Source: Bradymonadia bacterium
GTDB taxonomy: Bacteria > Myxococcota_A > Bradymonadia > UBA7976 > UBA1532
DNA length: 64,000 nt
Assembly (NCBI GenBank): GCA_046290225.1
Contig: JBKAGE010000038.1
Location: 192,001-256,000, forward strand
Direction: 5' to 3'
Shown here: piece by piece, positions 37,492 through 47,027 of the stretch
Numbering within the stretch: position 1 is the stretch's first letter
Layout: every line of letters begins with the position of its first letter
Made by a program: the position numbers and the translations under genes
Notes under the pieces: generated by a model
Told to the model about the DNA's origin: nothing
The model's input: only the letters and a program-made list of their open reading frames with translations
Database searches by the model: none

Positions 37492-39747
37492 TCAGCGCAT
37501 CAGCGCTTCAAAGGTGGCCGAGAGCACCAGCCAGCCATTGCGGATCAGAGGATCTTGAGGGAACACCGGCACGATGCGGATGGCGTTGAGATCCGGAGCC
37601 ACGGCGCCAAAGGCATCGGCGCCCAGCTCGATGGGGTCGAGCGTGAACGACAACCCTTCGCCGAGGGCCCCCTGAATCTCGGGCCAGATCAAAGTCTCCA
37701 GCAACCGCGCCAGCGCGTCGGTGGGCAGCAAGGGTCGGTTGCCCCCCTGGGAGATGAGCGCCACGCGGATGTCGGGGGTCTCGGCGATCTCGAAGCGTAC
37801 AGTGCCCTGCTCACCAGCATCGTCGAGATCCAGGATGAGTCCTGCCCTCAAGCTGATCACGTAGTGGTCCGGCTCTTCTTCTCGGATCTTCTGGATGAAC
37901 AGGTCGAGCTCGCCCACCTGGAGTTCGAAGAAGAACGGGCTGCCCGGATCGGTGCCCACCACCACCGGGGGCAAGCGCCCATCGGCGCTCGCGGAGTCGA
38001 CGAGGGCGGCGAACTGTGCGGGCAGCTGCTCGCTCACGTCGAGGCTGAGCACGCCCTGACGCCAGATCTCGTGCAACACGGCATTGATGGCCGAGAGCTG
38101 AATGGCCACCGCCACCCCTGCGGTCGCTGGCCAGGGGGGTGCATCTTCGAGGCCGGCGGCGGGGACCCCAGGATCAGGGTGAGGTGCCATCACAGGCGCA
38201 GGCTGATCGACACGACCAGAGAGCAGGATCTCCAACGCCTGCCCTTGTTGGACCGAGGGCGTCTCGGCGGTGAAACCCGCAGTGATGGAAATGGCCGGCA
38301 GGCCACCACCAGCAGGGACCTCAAGGGGGATCTCCGCCAGAGGCGCAAGCACATCGCCAAGCCCGAGCTCGAGGAACTCGGGGATTTGGGTGCGCACGAG
38401 ATCGTCGACCACCTCTACGGCGAAGTCTTCGAGCACGGTACGCAGCAGGCTGCCGAAGGTGTCGAGGATCGCCTGGGCGGTGGAGTCGTTGAGCACCCCG
38501 CCAATGGCTTCGATGGCCACCCCGACGTCGCTCACGCTCAAGCGCAGATCGCCGTTGGGGGTCGACTCGATGGTCAGGCGCCCAAAGGCCGCCGCCGAGG
38601 CGCGGATGACGCCGTCGAGGCTGATGCGCTCCCCCTCGAAGGTCAGGTTGCCCATGGTCTGGGCCTCGAGATCTTCGATGCGCAGGAACACCTCGATGCC
38701 CTCAGGGGTGAAGACCAGGGTGGCGTCGGGGCGACCTGGGCCGATGTCCACCACCCGCAGGCTCAGGGGCTCCCCAGCGGAGAGCACGGGATCCCTGAGC
38801 AGACCCAGGGGCTCCGCGCGGCTGATGAGGGCCTCGATGATGCCCGCCACATTGTCCACGGACTGGCTGCCGTCTTCTGCTGGAGGGTTCGGGGGGAGCC
38901 CGGTGTCGAGCTGCCGCTGTGAGAGCCTGAGGATCCCCGCTCGGGGGATCTCCACGCCCTCGGGGCTCGCCTCGAGGACCTCTGGGGCCCACATGACCTC
39001 CATGACCACGCGGCTCGCCGGTCGGCGCACCCCGTCGTCGGCCACCACGTCGACCCGGTTGAGGCCGAAGCGCGGCCGCAGAGTGTGGCTGAAGCGACCG
39101 TTCTCGTCGATCTCTACTGGGGCGTCGTTGACGAAGACCCGCACATCCCCCGTGTCTTCGGCGGTGCCCGTGACCTCGATGGTGTTCGCCCCCACGAGCA
39201 GCTCGCCGGGGGTGGGGCTCTCCACGGTGAGCGTGGGCGCCTTGTTGTCGACGAAGAAGCTCACTCGACCACAGAGATCGATCTCCTCGCGCACGCAGGC
39301 CTTCACCGCTCCGGCTCCCTCGCGGAGGAAGGTGAGCGTGCCGCCGTCGCCATCTCGATTGAAGGTGGCCGCCTCGTCGGAGATGACCGACCACACCATG
39401 TCCACCCCTTCGAGCAGCTCAGCGTTGCGATCGAAGACCTGCAGCTGCACCTGGGGCGTCTCGTCGAGGGTGTAGAACTGACGCCTCGGGCTCAGGGCGA
39501 TCTCAACATAGGCGGGGGTGCCCGGCGGCGGCCCGCCATCTTGCAAATACCCGGGCAATGCGTCGGTCCTGGGGAACAACAGCTCCGCATCGACAAAGGC
39601 ATCAGGCACCTCGGCGTCGGCCATGGGCCCCGCCATCATGTCGGGATCAGCGCCGCCACCAGAAGAGGTGCTGTCTTCACACCCCCACGCGGTCAACGCC
39701 AGCAACGCGATCATGGGCAAGTACGTCGTGGATCGCATCGGCATCAC
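37492..39747 (-). CDS. Large lipoprotein: Ig-like domains plus a BPI/LBP-like C-terminal region
   Basis: Lipobox AWGC; DNKAPTLTVESP...FGLNRVDVVADD; VAIQLSAINAVLHEIWRQGVL. Confidence 0.7.
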   Translation of the reverse strand: MMPMRSTTYLPMIALLALTAWGCEDSTSSGGGADPDMMAGPMADAEVPDAFVDAELLFPRTDALPGYLQDGGPPPGTPAYVEIALSPRRQFYTLDETPQVQLQVFDRNAELLEGVDMVWSVISDEAATFNRDGDGGTLTFLREGAGAVKACVREEIDLCGRVSFFVDNKAPTLTVESPTPGELLVGANTIEVTGTAEDTGDVRVFVNDAPVEIDENGRFSHTLRPRFGLNRVDVVADDGVRRPASRVVMEVMWAPEVLEASPEGVEIPRAGILRLSQRQLDTGLPPNPPAEDGSQSVDNVAGIIEALISRAEPLGLLRDPVLSAGEPLSLRVVDIGPGRPDATLVFTPEGIEVFLRIEDLEAQTMGNLTFEGERISLDGVIRASAAAFGRLTIESTPNGDLRLSVSDVGVAIEAIGGVLNDSTAQAILDTFGSLLRTVLEDFAVEVVDDLVRTQIPEFLELGLGDVLAPLAEIPLEVPAGGGLPAISITAGFTAETPSVQQGQALEILLSGRVDQPAPVMAPHPDPGVPAAGLEDAPPWPATAGVAVAIQLSAINAVLHEIWRQGVLSLDVSEQLPAQFAALVDSASADGRLPPVVVGTDPGSPFFFELQVGELDLFIQKIREEEPDHYVISLRAGLILDLDDAGEQGTVRFEIAETPDIRVALISQGGNRPLLPTDALARLLETLIWPEIQGALGEGLSFTLDPIELGADAFGAVAPDLNAIRIVPVFPQDPLIRNGWLVLSATFEALMR

Positions 39748-42554
39748 TCCTGGAAGTTCCCGTCGAGGATCCAGTGGGCCTCGGTGCCGCTCAGGCGCGC
39801 GTTGCGCAACCCGAGGGCCCGGCCCGCTGGGAGCCCGAACTGGCCGAGGCTCTGGGGGATCTCGAACTCGGGCAGAGGCAACGTGGGCAGCCCGTCGTTG
39901 AGGGCCCGGTCGATGACGTTCTGGATGATGCGGGTGAGCGTCTGCTCCAGAATCTCGCGGCTGCGCTGCTGCACCGAAGCCCCACCGAGGCCGAGGTGCA
40001 GCTGCACCACCCGCACCCCGTCGAAGACGATGTCCTTCTCACCCACGAGGCGCACGTTCACCTGCACCTCGGCGGCGACGCTCAAGGGGAACGGCTCGGC
40101 GAAAATGCCCGGGTAGATGACCCCGGCATTCGCAGGGCCCAGGAACACCGTCAGCGTGGACTGTCCGTCGGATCCGATGACCGCCGGTGGCGCCGGCAAG
40201 TCGAAGAAGACCTCGGCACCATCGGGCAAATCAGCAGCGACCCCTTCCACAAGGCCCCCGGCCTCGGCGTCGAAGTAACCCGCTCGCCAGAGCTTGTGCA
40301 GGATCTGATTCAAGAGCGCCACAGCGACAGAGGCCCCCACGGTTCGATCGCCGGGCAGCTGAGGCTGGAAGCTGCCCGGAGGCAGCGGCACCCCAGGGTT
40401 GCGCCCAGCTTGACGGTTGGGCCCCTGCACCCGGGTCTGGATGCCGAAGAGGGCCCGGGCGGGGGTGAAGTCGATGGCAGAAAACTGCGGGGCGATGGTG
40501 AGCCGGACCGGCGCCCCACCGGTGAGGCTGGGCACGTCGAAGCCCTGGGCCAGATCGCCGATGTCGAGGCCGTTGAGCAGGCCCTCGAGGGCGGCGTCGA
40601 TGTTGTCGGTGAGGAAGCCCTCCAAGGCGTCGACCACCGTACGGCGAATCAACCCCTCGAAGGCCTCGAAGGCCAGCTCGAGGATGAAGCCCGTGATGAA
40701 GCCGCTGAAGTCCGCATCGAGATCGCCCACGTCGACCCGGTCCAGAGAGCGCAGGCTCACCGTGGGGTTGCCGTCGAAGCGGCGGCCGATGTCGAAGGTC
40801 AGGCCGATGGTGATACGTCGGGCGATGATGCGGGCGCGGTTGCCCAACGTGCCTCGCAGGCGGGCTCGGACCTCGAGGTTGATGACCGTGGCCTCGACCT
40901 GCAGACCGCCGTCTACCAGCGTGAGGCGCAGAGTGTTGGGGCCGCCGATGCCCAGGCCCTCATAGTCGACGCCGAAGCGGAAGAGGCACACCCCGAGCAC
41001 CCGGGTGCGACATTCGTTGCGCACGATGGGGTTCTGGGCCAGGGCCGCCTGATTCACCGTGTCGATCAGGCCCTGGCTATTGAGGATCCGCCTCAGCACG
41101 TCGGAGATGCTGCTGATGGGGTTGTCGGGGGCGCCGTCGTCGATGGCGCCCTGGCCCAGGCGCAGCACCAGGGCGTCCGCGAGGGGAGACTGCTCGGAGA
41201 GGAAGTCGTCAGAGGCGAAGTAGGCGCAGAGCTGGCTGTTCTCGTTGCCGTTCTCGTCGACGGCCACCACCTCGTGCACGTTGAGGCCCCAGCGCACCGG
41301 CCGGGCGATGGACCACTGCCCCTCGGCGCTCAGAGGCACCGGCTCGCCATCTACGGTGACCGAGTCGATGGCGGCGACGTCGGCCACCCGACCCTGGACC
41401 ACGAGCTGGCCATTCTCAGGGCGGTAGAGCACCTCACCTGGGGCGGGCCGATCACAGATGATGCCCGGGCCACCGAGATCCACGAGGATCTCCTCTTCGG
41501 CGGTGAGCTCCACGCCCCCTTGGGTCTCTCCCTCGACTGTGGCCGACAGAATGTAGCGACCTTCACGAGCAGCCTGATAGCGGCCAAAGCCGAAGTCGGG
41601 CAGCTGAGGCTCGGCGTCGTGCACGATGGGCACCCCGATGAGGGGGTTGTCGAAGCGATCGGTGACGATGGTGGTCAGCTCCACCACGTTGCCCACCTGA
41701 TAGACCGGCCGCTCGGGGAACGCCGCCACGCTCAAGCGCGCAGGCAGCCCAGGGCGCACCTGCAGGGCTACCCCCGGCGCCGACTCTGCCCCAGGGGAGA
41801 CACAGGTCACGTCGAACACACCGGCGCTGGTGATGCGGAAACGATCATTGGGTCGACCCTCGAGGCCTGCTGGCGGCGGGTCGATGCCGATGAGCGGATC
41901 GCCCATCAAGTCGTCGGCGTCGATCTCGTTGCCGTAGTCGTCGAAGACCCTGCACGTGATCTCGACTTCATCTCCAGCGTTGATGTCATCGTCGCTGATC
42001 TCGGCGACAGCCACCGCAGGGGCCGCAGAGGTCACCGTCCAGTCCGCGGGGGTCGGATCCCGCAACCCCAGCGCCGGTGCAGTACACACCAGCCGGTAGT
42101 CTCGGGCGATCTCGCCGACGAGGCCGTCTTCTGTAACCTCGAAGCCGTTGTCGGGGTGCACCTCCACGAGGGTCTCGTGACCTGTGATGGGCGCCCCCTG
42201 TTGATCGAGCACCTGACACGTGACCCGGTTCTCCAGGCCCGCCGGGGTGCGTCTCTCCCCCACCCGGGTCTCCACGGCGAAGGGCACCTGTTCGAAGTTC
42301 GCCGCGTCGGGCCAGGCGTCGGCGAGCTCGGCGTCGGCCATCTCTCCAGTACCGCCAGCATCGAACATGCCCGCGTCCTCGGGGCCCATCTGCTCGGGGC
42401 TCATGTCCGGACGTCGGAACTGGGGTCCGCCAGAGTTGTCCTCCGGGCGGGCCTGATCGTCCTGGCAGCCCATGAAGGCTGCCGTGAGCGCCAGCACACC
42501 CAACAGGGAGGGCCAGCGATGGATCAGCGGAGCAGATCGACCGGGGTGTTTCAT
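39744..42554 (-). CDS. Large lipoprotein: Ig-like domains plus a BPI/LBP-like C-terminal region (paralogous architecture)
   Basis: Lipobox FMGC; WGLNVHEVVAVD; VLRLGQGAID; ASVAVALLNQILHKLWRAGYF; ATGA-coupled to the downstream gene. Confidence 0.7.
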   Translation of the reverse strand: MKHPGRSAPLIHRWPSLLGVLALTAAFMGCQDDQARPEDNSGGPQFRRPDMSPEQMGPEDAGMFDAGGTGEMADAELADAWPDAANFEQVPFAVETRVGERRTPAGLENRVTCQVLDQQGAPITGHETLVEVHPDNGFEVTEDGLVGEIARDYRLVCTAPALGLRDPTPADWTVTSAAPAVAVAEISDDDINAGDEVEITCRVFDDYGNEIDADDLMGDPLIGIDPPPAGLEGRPNDRFRITSAGVFDVTCVSPGAESAPGVALQVRPGLPARLSVAAFPERPVYQVGNVVELTTIVTDRFDNPLIGVPIVHDAEPQLPDFGFGRYQAAREGRYILSATVEGETQGGVELTAEEEILVDLGGPGIICDRPAPGEVLYRPENGQLVVQGRVADVAAIDSVTVDGEPVPLSAEGQWSIARPVRWGLNVHEVVAVDENGNENSQLCAYFASDDFLSEQSPLADALVLRLGQGAIDDGAPDNPISSISDVLRRILNSQGLIDTVNQAALAQNPIVRNECRTRVLGVCLFRFGVDYEGLGIGGPNTLRLTLVDGGLQVEATVINLEVRARLRGTLGNRARIIARRITIGLTFDIGRRFDGNPTVSLRSLDRVDVGDLDADFSGFITGFILELAFEAFEGLIRRTVVDALEGFLTDNIDAALEGLLNGLDIGDLAQGFDVPSLTGGAPVRLTIAPQFSAIDFTPARALFGIQTRVQGPNRQAGRNPGVPLPPGSFQPQLPGDRTVGASVAVALLNQILHKLWRAGYFDAEAGGLVEGVAADLPDGAEVFFDLPAPPAVIGSDGQSTLTVFLGPANAGVIYPGIFAEPFPLSVAAEVQVNVRLVGEKDIVFDGVRVVQLHLGLGGASVQQRSREILEQTLTRIIQNVIDRALNDGLPTLPLPEFEIPQSLGQFGLPAGRALGLRNARLSGTEAHWILDGNFQE

Positions 42555-42762
42555 GCAGTCACCACAAAGAAGAGGGTCAGTTCAGCGCGCCCAGCGGGGG
42601 CGGGCTCAGCGGTTCGCACCATAGCGCATCGGCCACAGATGGGGCGAGACGAGGCCCCCTCCAGGTAGACTTTACGCCCGGCACGCATTCCCCCTACCCC
42701 CCGAAAATGCCTCGTTATACTCGCCCGTGAACCCCTGGAGCACCCCCAAGAGGTCCTCATAG

Positions 42763-43146
42763 ATGCCGAGCGGATCGCAGTCAGATCGCACCCCTGAGCC
42801 CTCGCCAGCGTCGCCCATTCGGCGGGCGCCCATGGCAGTGGTGAAGGCTGTGGGCCCCTCAGGGCTGTGGCGGGTGCCGCGGAAGATGAAGCTCTTCTCG
42901 TGCACAGGGGGCGAGATCATCGATTTGCGCGAAGCGATCCTGCCGGCGGGGCCTGATCCCACGGTGATCCACTGCTTCTTGTTCATGGGGGTGGGGCACA
43001 TTCGCGTGCCGGATGGCATCTACGTCGAGGTCGAGCGCAAGGCGTTCTTCAAATCAGGCGCGCCGAACCGGCAGCCCCCTTCAGGCAAGGCCCCCTGGCT
43101 ACGCATCGTGGGCTGCAGCCTCTTTGGCCGCCTCAAGGTGAGCTGA
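42763..43146 (+). CDS. LiaF/DUF2154-like small beta-domain protein
   Basis: WRVP......GG..IDLREA......IHCF.FMG...I.VPDG...P.LRI.G.SLFG.L.V. Confidence 0.6.
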   Translation: MPSGSQSDRTPEPSPASPIRRAPMAVVKAVGPSGLWRVPRKMKLFSCTGGEIIDLREAILPAGPDPTVIHCFLFMGVGHIRVPDGIYVEVERKAFFKSGAPNRQPPSGKAPWLRIVGCSLFGRLKVS

Positions 43147-43160
43147 GCGTCAGAGCGCCC

Positions 43161-44051
43161 TCAGAGGGTGTCGGAGTCAGGTCGCCCGAGCCGACCATAG
43201 AGCCCCTTCCGGCTCAGCACATATCCATGCTTGCGGAACAGGTAGGCCAGCCCCTTGGCGTGGCTGAAGGTGCTCTTCTTGATGGGCAGCCCACGAGAGA
43301 TCTCCTGAGCGTCGTGCACCACGGTGGCTGCAGGCTCGTAGACGATGCGATAGCCCGACTGCCAGACCCGCACGCAATAGTCGACGTCTTCGGGAGAATA
43401 GAAGATGGCCTCGTCGAAGACCCCCGTGGCCTCGACGGCCTCACGGCTGAGCATCCAAAAAGCAGAGATGGCGTAGTCGACAAGGTGGGCCTCGGTAGGG
43501 GGGGCGTTCTTGTCGTGGGCGCGCTCCATGGCTTTGAGGCCGAGGTAGCGCTGCACTTTGCGGGGCAACGTGGGGAACACGTCGGTGCTCAGCTGAAACC
43601 GCCCGTCGGGGTAGGTGAGCATGGGCACCACCATGCCGTTGCGGGGGTCCTCCTCGAGGCGGGCGATGAGGGTTTCGAAGGTGCCGGGGGGGATCGTCAC
43701 CACATCGGAGTCGATGACCACCACGTACTTCCCCGTGAGGGCCCGCAAGGCCACGTTCCTTGAGAAGGTGGTGCCCGTGTTGCCGCCGAAGAAGATGGGC
43801 CGCACGCGATCGGGCTCTTTCTCACGCCACGCCTTGAGCATCTCGACGCTGCCGTCTTTCGACCCGTTGTCGATGATCCAGATCTCGTCGTGATGACCGG
43901 GCCCACCCTCGGCGGCGCTGTGATCGAAGGCGGCGAGAAGCGCCCCGATGCTGTGGTCGAGGTATTTCGCGGAGTTGTAGGACAACATCACGCAGGAGAT
44001 GCGCGTCTCCCTGCTCTTCTCGGTCTGGGCCCCAGCGCTGGCCTTGCTCAT
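43161..44051 (-). CDS. Glycosyltransferase family 2
   Basis: LSYNS, IDNGSKDGS, VIDSD and FDEAIFYSPEDVDYC. Confidence 0.9.
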   Translation of the reverse strand: MSKASAGAQTEKSRETRISCVMLSYNSAKYLDHSIGALLAAFDHSAAEGGPGHHDEIWIIDNGSKDGSVEMLKAWREKEPDRVRPIFFGGNTGTTFSRNVALRALTGKYVVVIDSDVVTIPPGTFETLIARLEEDPRNGMVVPMLTYPDGRFQLSTDVFPTLPRKVQRYLGLKAMERAHDKNAPPTEAHLVDYAISAFWMLSREAVEATGVFDEAIFYSPEDVDYCVRVWQSGYRIVYEPAATVVHDAQEISRGLPIKKSTFSHAKGLAYLFRKHGYVLSRKGLYGRLGRPDSDTL

Positions 44052-44162
44052 GAATGCTCCCTCAAGCGTATGCGGCGCTCAAACTGTCAGATCTGCCGCC
44101 TGAGGGCAATCGGATGGATCGCCAGAACACGTAAGGGCATTTGATGTGGAGACCGCAGGCCC

Positions 44163-45050
44163 TCAGAACTTACCGTTCTGGTTCTTCCAGGCCGACTGAG
44201 GCGGAATCGCCTCAATCGTGTCCCAGTGCTCGACGATTTTGCCGTTGTCGACGCGAAACAGATCATAGAAGGCCACGTGCTTGCCCATGAACTCGCCCTC
44301 GCTCACCGCAAGCACGAAGTGCCCCTCACCGAGGATCTTGTGATTCTGGGTGTACTTCATGGGGGTGCCTGCCTTGGCGAGGGCCTCAAGGGCCTTGCCC
44401 AGGCCTGAGAGCCCGTCAGCCACGCCAGGGTTGTGCTGCGTGTAGCGTTCGCCCTCGATGTACTTGGGCATGGTGTCCATCTTCCCGTTCATCAAGATGT
44501 CGTCGACAAAACCCTTCACCAGGGCCTTATTGGCCTCGGTCTTCTCTCGATCGACCACCTCGGTGGGTCCGTCGGTCATGGTGTGACCGCTGGGGTTGGG
44601 CCCCTTGGGGGCCTCTTGCAGGTTGTCCCAGTGCTCCACGATCTTGCCTTGCTCAAAGCGGAAGATGTCGAAGCCGATCTTGGGACCAAAGAAGTCATAC
44701 TCGGAATGAGCCACCACGTAGTCACCATCTTGGAACACCCGCACGGTGTTGACCCTTGCGGAGCCCTTGGGCAGCTGGGCCAAGACGGCGCCAAAGCCCT
44801 CGATGCCATCACCGACGGCGAGATTGTGCTGGATGTACTTCTTGGGATTGATCACCGCCGCCGGGCCTTGCTCACCGGTCTCGATCGACTTGAGCAGCGA
44901 CTTCACCTGGATCTTCTGATTCGACATTGCAGCCTCTTGGGTGTTCTGACTGTGGGCCGTTCCGGCGCAGCCTGTACTGAAGGCCAAGGTGGTACCCACA
45001 GCAAAGGCCAGAGCGGCGCGAGGGACGAAGGTCGTGTTGAGTGTGTACAT
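44163..45050 (-). CDS. Duplicated SnoaL/NTF2-like domain lipoprotein
   Basis: Two copies of YIQHN...DG...DIFRF..GKIVEHWD; STGC lipobox. Confidence 0.88.
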   Translation of the reverse strand: MYTLNTTFVPRAALAFAVGTTLAFSTGCAGTAHSQNTQEAAMSNQKIQVKSLLKSIETGEQGPAAVINPKKYIQHNLAVGDGIEGFGAVLAQLPKGSARVNTVRVFQDGDYVVAHSEYDFFGPKIGFDIFRFEQGKIVEHWDNLQEAPKGPNPSGHTMTDGPTEVVDREKTEANKALVKGFVDDILMNGKMDTMPKYIEGERYTQHNPGVADGLSGLGKALEALAKAGTPMKYTQNHKILGEGHFVLAVSEGEFMGKHVAFYDLFRVDNGKIVEHWDTIEAIPPQSAWKNQNGKF

Positions 45051-45133
45051 GGCGTAGTTCCTCTGGGTCGGACACGGCTCCAGAGGTAGACCTTGCCACC
45101 TCTGTTGTCACGCTCATGTACTTCAACCTAAAA

Positions 45134-45146
45134 TGAGCAACGCTCA
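45134..45146. promoter_or_regulatory. LysR T-N11-A recognition box
   Basis: Palindromic TGAGC-AAC-GCTCA between the divergent SnoaL-like gene and lysR. Confidence 0.6.
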
Positions 45147-45164
45147 ACTTACGTAAGTCTCCCC

Positions 45165-46106
45165 ATGCCGGACGATCGCAACCCCCTCGCGGGCATCAAT
45201 CTGAACCTGTTTCCAGTCCTCGACGCGCTGCTCAAACACCGCAGCGGTGCCCAAGCGGCGGCGGCCCTCGGGGTCACCCCCTCGGCCATCAGCCATTCGC
45301 TCAGAGAGCTGCGCGCGATCTTCGACGATCCACTGTTCCTCAGGATGAAGGGTGGGCTGGTGCCTACGGCCCGGGCTCTCGATCTCGAGCCTGCGATCAG
45401 GGCGAGCCTCGGCGCCCTCGGTGGCACGCTGCAGGGTCATTCGACCTTCGAGCCTGCGCAGTCAGGCAAGCGCTGTACTCTGGCCATGGGCGACTCGCTC
45501 GGGCCCACGGTGGTGCCCGCCTTCACCAGACGGGTCATGCGTCAAGCCCCAGGCATGGTGCTCGACTTTCGCATGCAAGAGTCACCGGCAGAGGCACTGC
45601 TCGCCAACAACACAGCCGATCTGGTGGTGCATCTCTCTCAAGATCGACCGAGCTGGGTCGGCAGAGCGGTGCTCTACACAGATCACATGATGTGTCTCGT
45701 CAGGTCGGATCACCCCACCCTGCACGGGCACCTCACCCTCGATGACTACCTCTCACATGTTCACGTGCGTGTCTCTCCAGACGGTTTTGGGCCCAGCGCC
45801 GTGGATCACTACCTGGCAGAGCAGGGTCTGAGGCGTCGCATCTCAGCCTTCACTGGCTCGTTCACCATGGCCCCGGAGATCGTGGCGGTCACCGACGCGA
45901 TTCTCACCTTGCCGAGTCGGCTGGCCCAGGCGATGGCCTCTCGTCTCGACCTTCAGCAGCTGCCGCCTCCCCTTGAGTTCCCAAGCTTCACCATCGAAGT
46001 CATCTGGCACCGTGGCTACACGGACGACGCCCTGGAATGGATACGCGCTCAGCTTCATCAGGCTGCGGATGAGGTGTTCGGCGAGGGTCGGGTCACCACT
46101 CAGTGA
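45165..46106 (+). CDS. LysR-family transcriptional regulator
   Basis: NLNLFPVLDALL...AAAALGVTPSAISHSLRELR..FDDPLF.R. Confidence 0.93.
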   Translation: MPDDRNPLAGINLNLFPVLDALLKHRSGAQAAAALGVTPSAISHSLRELRAIFDDPLFLRMKGGLVPTARALDLEPAIRASLGALGGTLQGHSTFEPAQSGKRCTLAMGDSLGPTVVPAFTRRVMRQAPGMVLDFRMQESPAEALLANNTADLVVHLSQDRPSWVGRAVLYTDHMMCLVRSDHPTLHGHLTLDDYLSHVHVRVSPDGFGPSAVDHYLAEQGLRRRISAFTGSFTMAPEIVAVTDAILTLPSRLAQAMASRLDLQQLPPPLEFPSFTIEVIWHRGYTDDALEWIRAQLHQAADEVFGEGRVTTQ

Positions 46107-46167
46107 TTGAAGCAGTGATGTGAAGACCTCTTCCTGAATGGACACATGAGTCATATCGGCATCACAG

Positions 46168-46992
46168 TCAGCGACTCTTGGACTCCAGCCAGGCCTTGGT
46201 GAACATGTTCGCAGGCAGGGGCTTGAGGGCCACCTGTTTGAAGGCGATGGTGGTGCGGTTCCCCTTCTCCACCTCGTCGTAGATCCTGATCTCGAGGGGG
46301 TAGTGCACCTCGGCCCCCTTGGTCTCGCTGAAGACCTTGGACCATTTGGGGTAGTAGAGCGTGCGCATCAACCGACCGCTCAACGCCCGTTCCTGTTGCT
46401 TGAGCGTGTTCTCGCTCTCGGCGTCGACCCACACCTCGATCACCGGATAGGCCACATCGACACCCGCTTTGGCCTCGAGCTTGATGTGCCATGTCTTGAA
46501 GCGGCCCAGGGTCTCGGTGCCCATATAGGTGGCGTTGAAGTCCTTCGACAGATCGACCACGTCGAAGTCAGCCCGGCGAGAGTCGGTGCCGCCGATGCGC
46601 TCACGCTCGGTTCTACGCTCCCACTTGCCGGTGTTCGGATCGTACATCCAGAGGTTGCGCTCGATGCGCAGGTAGCCCTTGCCTGCTTCCGCCCGAGGGT
46701 TGGTGAAGAGGATCATGAACCGCTCGTCCTCGTCACGGCGGTAGATCATGGCCTCGTAGACCAGGTCGTTCTTGTTCTTCTCTTTTTGCTCAATGAAGGC
46801 CAGCGAGGCGTAGTCCCCCACTGAGCGACGTCGCTCGTCCATCCGGACAAGCAACGCTTGGAGCTGCTCTGCGCCAAGGGCCTCGTCCTGTGCAGGGGCC
46901 TGGCCATCGGCCTTCGCTGGGGCAGGGTCCTGGGCCATAGAAGCAACAGGCATCGCGGCGAGCATCATCAAGGCGAGCGTCAATGAGCGCAT
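46168..46992 (-). CDS. Outer-membrane lipoprotein-sorting (LolA-like) protein
   Basis: FTNPRAEAGKGYL...LWMYDP...IGGTD...DF, signal peptide, last gene of the ABC operon. Confidence 0.8.
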   Translation of the reverse strand: MRSLTLALMMLAAMPVASMAQDPAPAKADGQAPAQDEALGAEQLQALLVRMDERRRSVGDYASLAFIEQKEKNKNDLVYEAMIYRRDEDERFMILFTNPRAEAGKGYLRIERNLWMYDPNTGKWERRTERERIGGTDSRRADFDVVDLSKDFNATYMGTETLGRFKTWHIKLEAKAGVDVAYPVIEVWVDAESENTLKQQERALSGRLMRTLYYPKWSKVFSETKGAEVHYPLEIRIYDEVEKGNRTTIAFKQVALKPLPANMFTKAWLESKSR

Positions 46993-47027
46993 AAATCCTC
47001 CTCAGCCGAGCACACCGGCCGACGACT

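Noticed and set aside
39558..42668. 1036-aa plus-strand ORF
   Set aside because: Antisense shadow of the lipoprotein gene 39744-42554, a typical high-GC artefact with no motifs.
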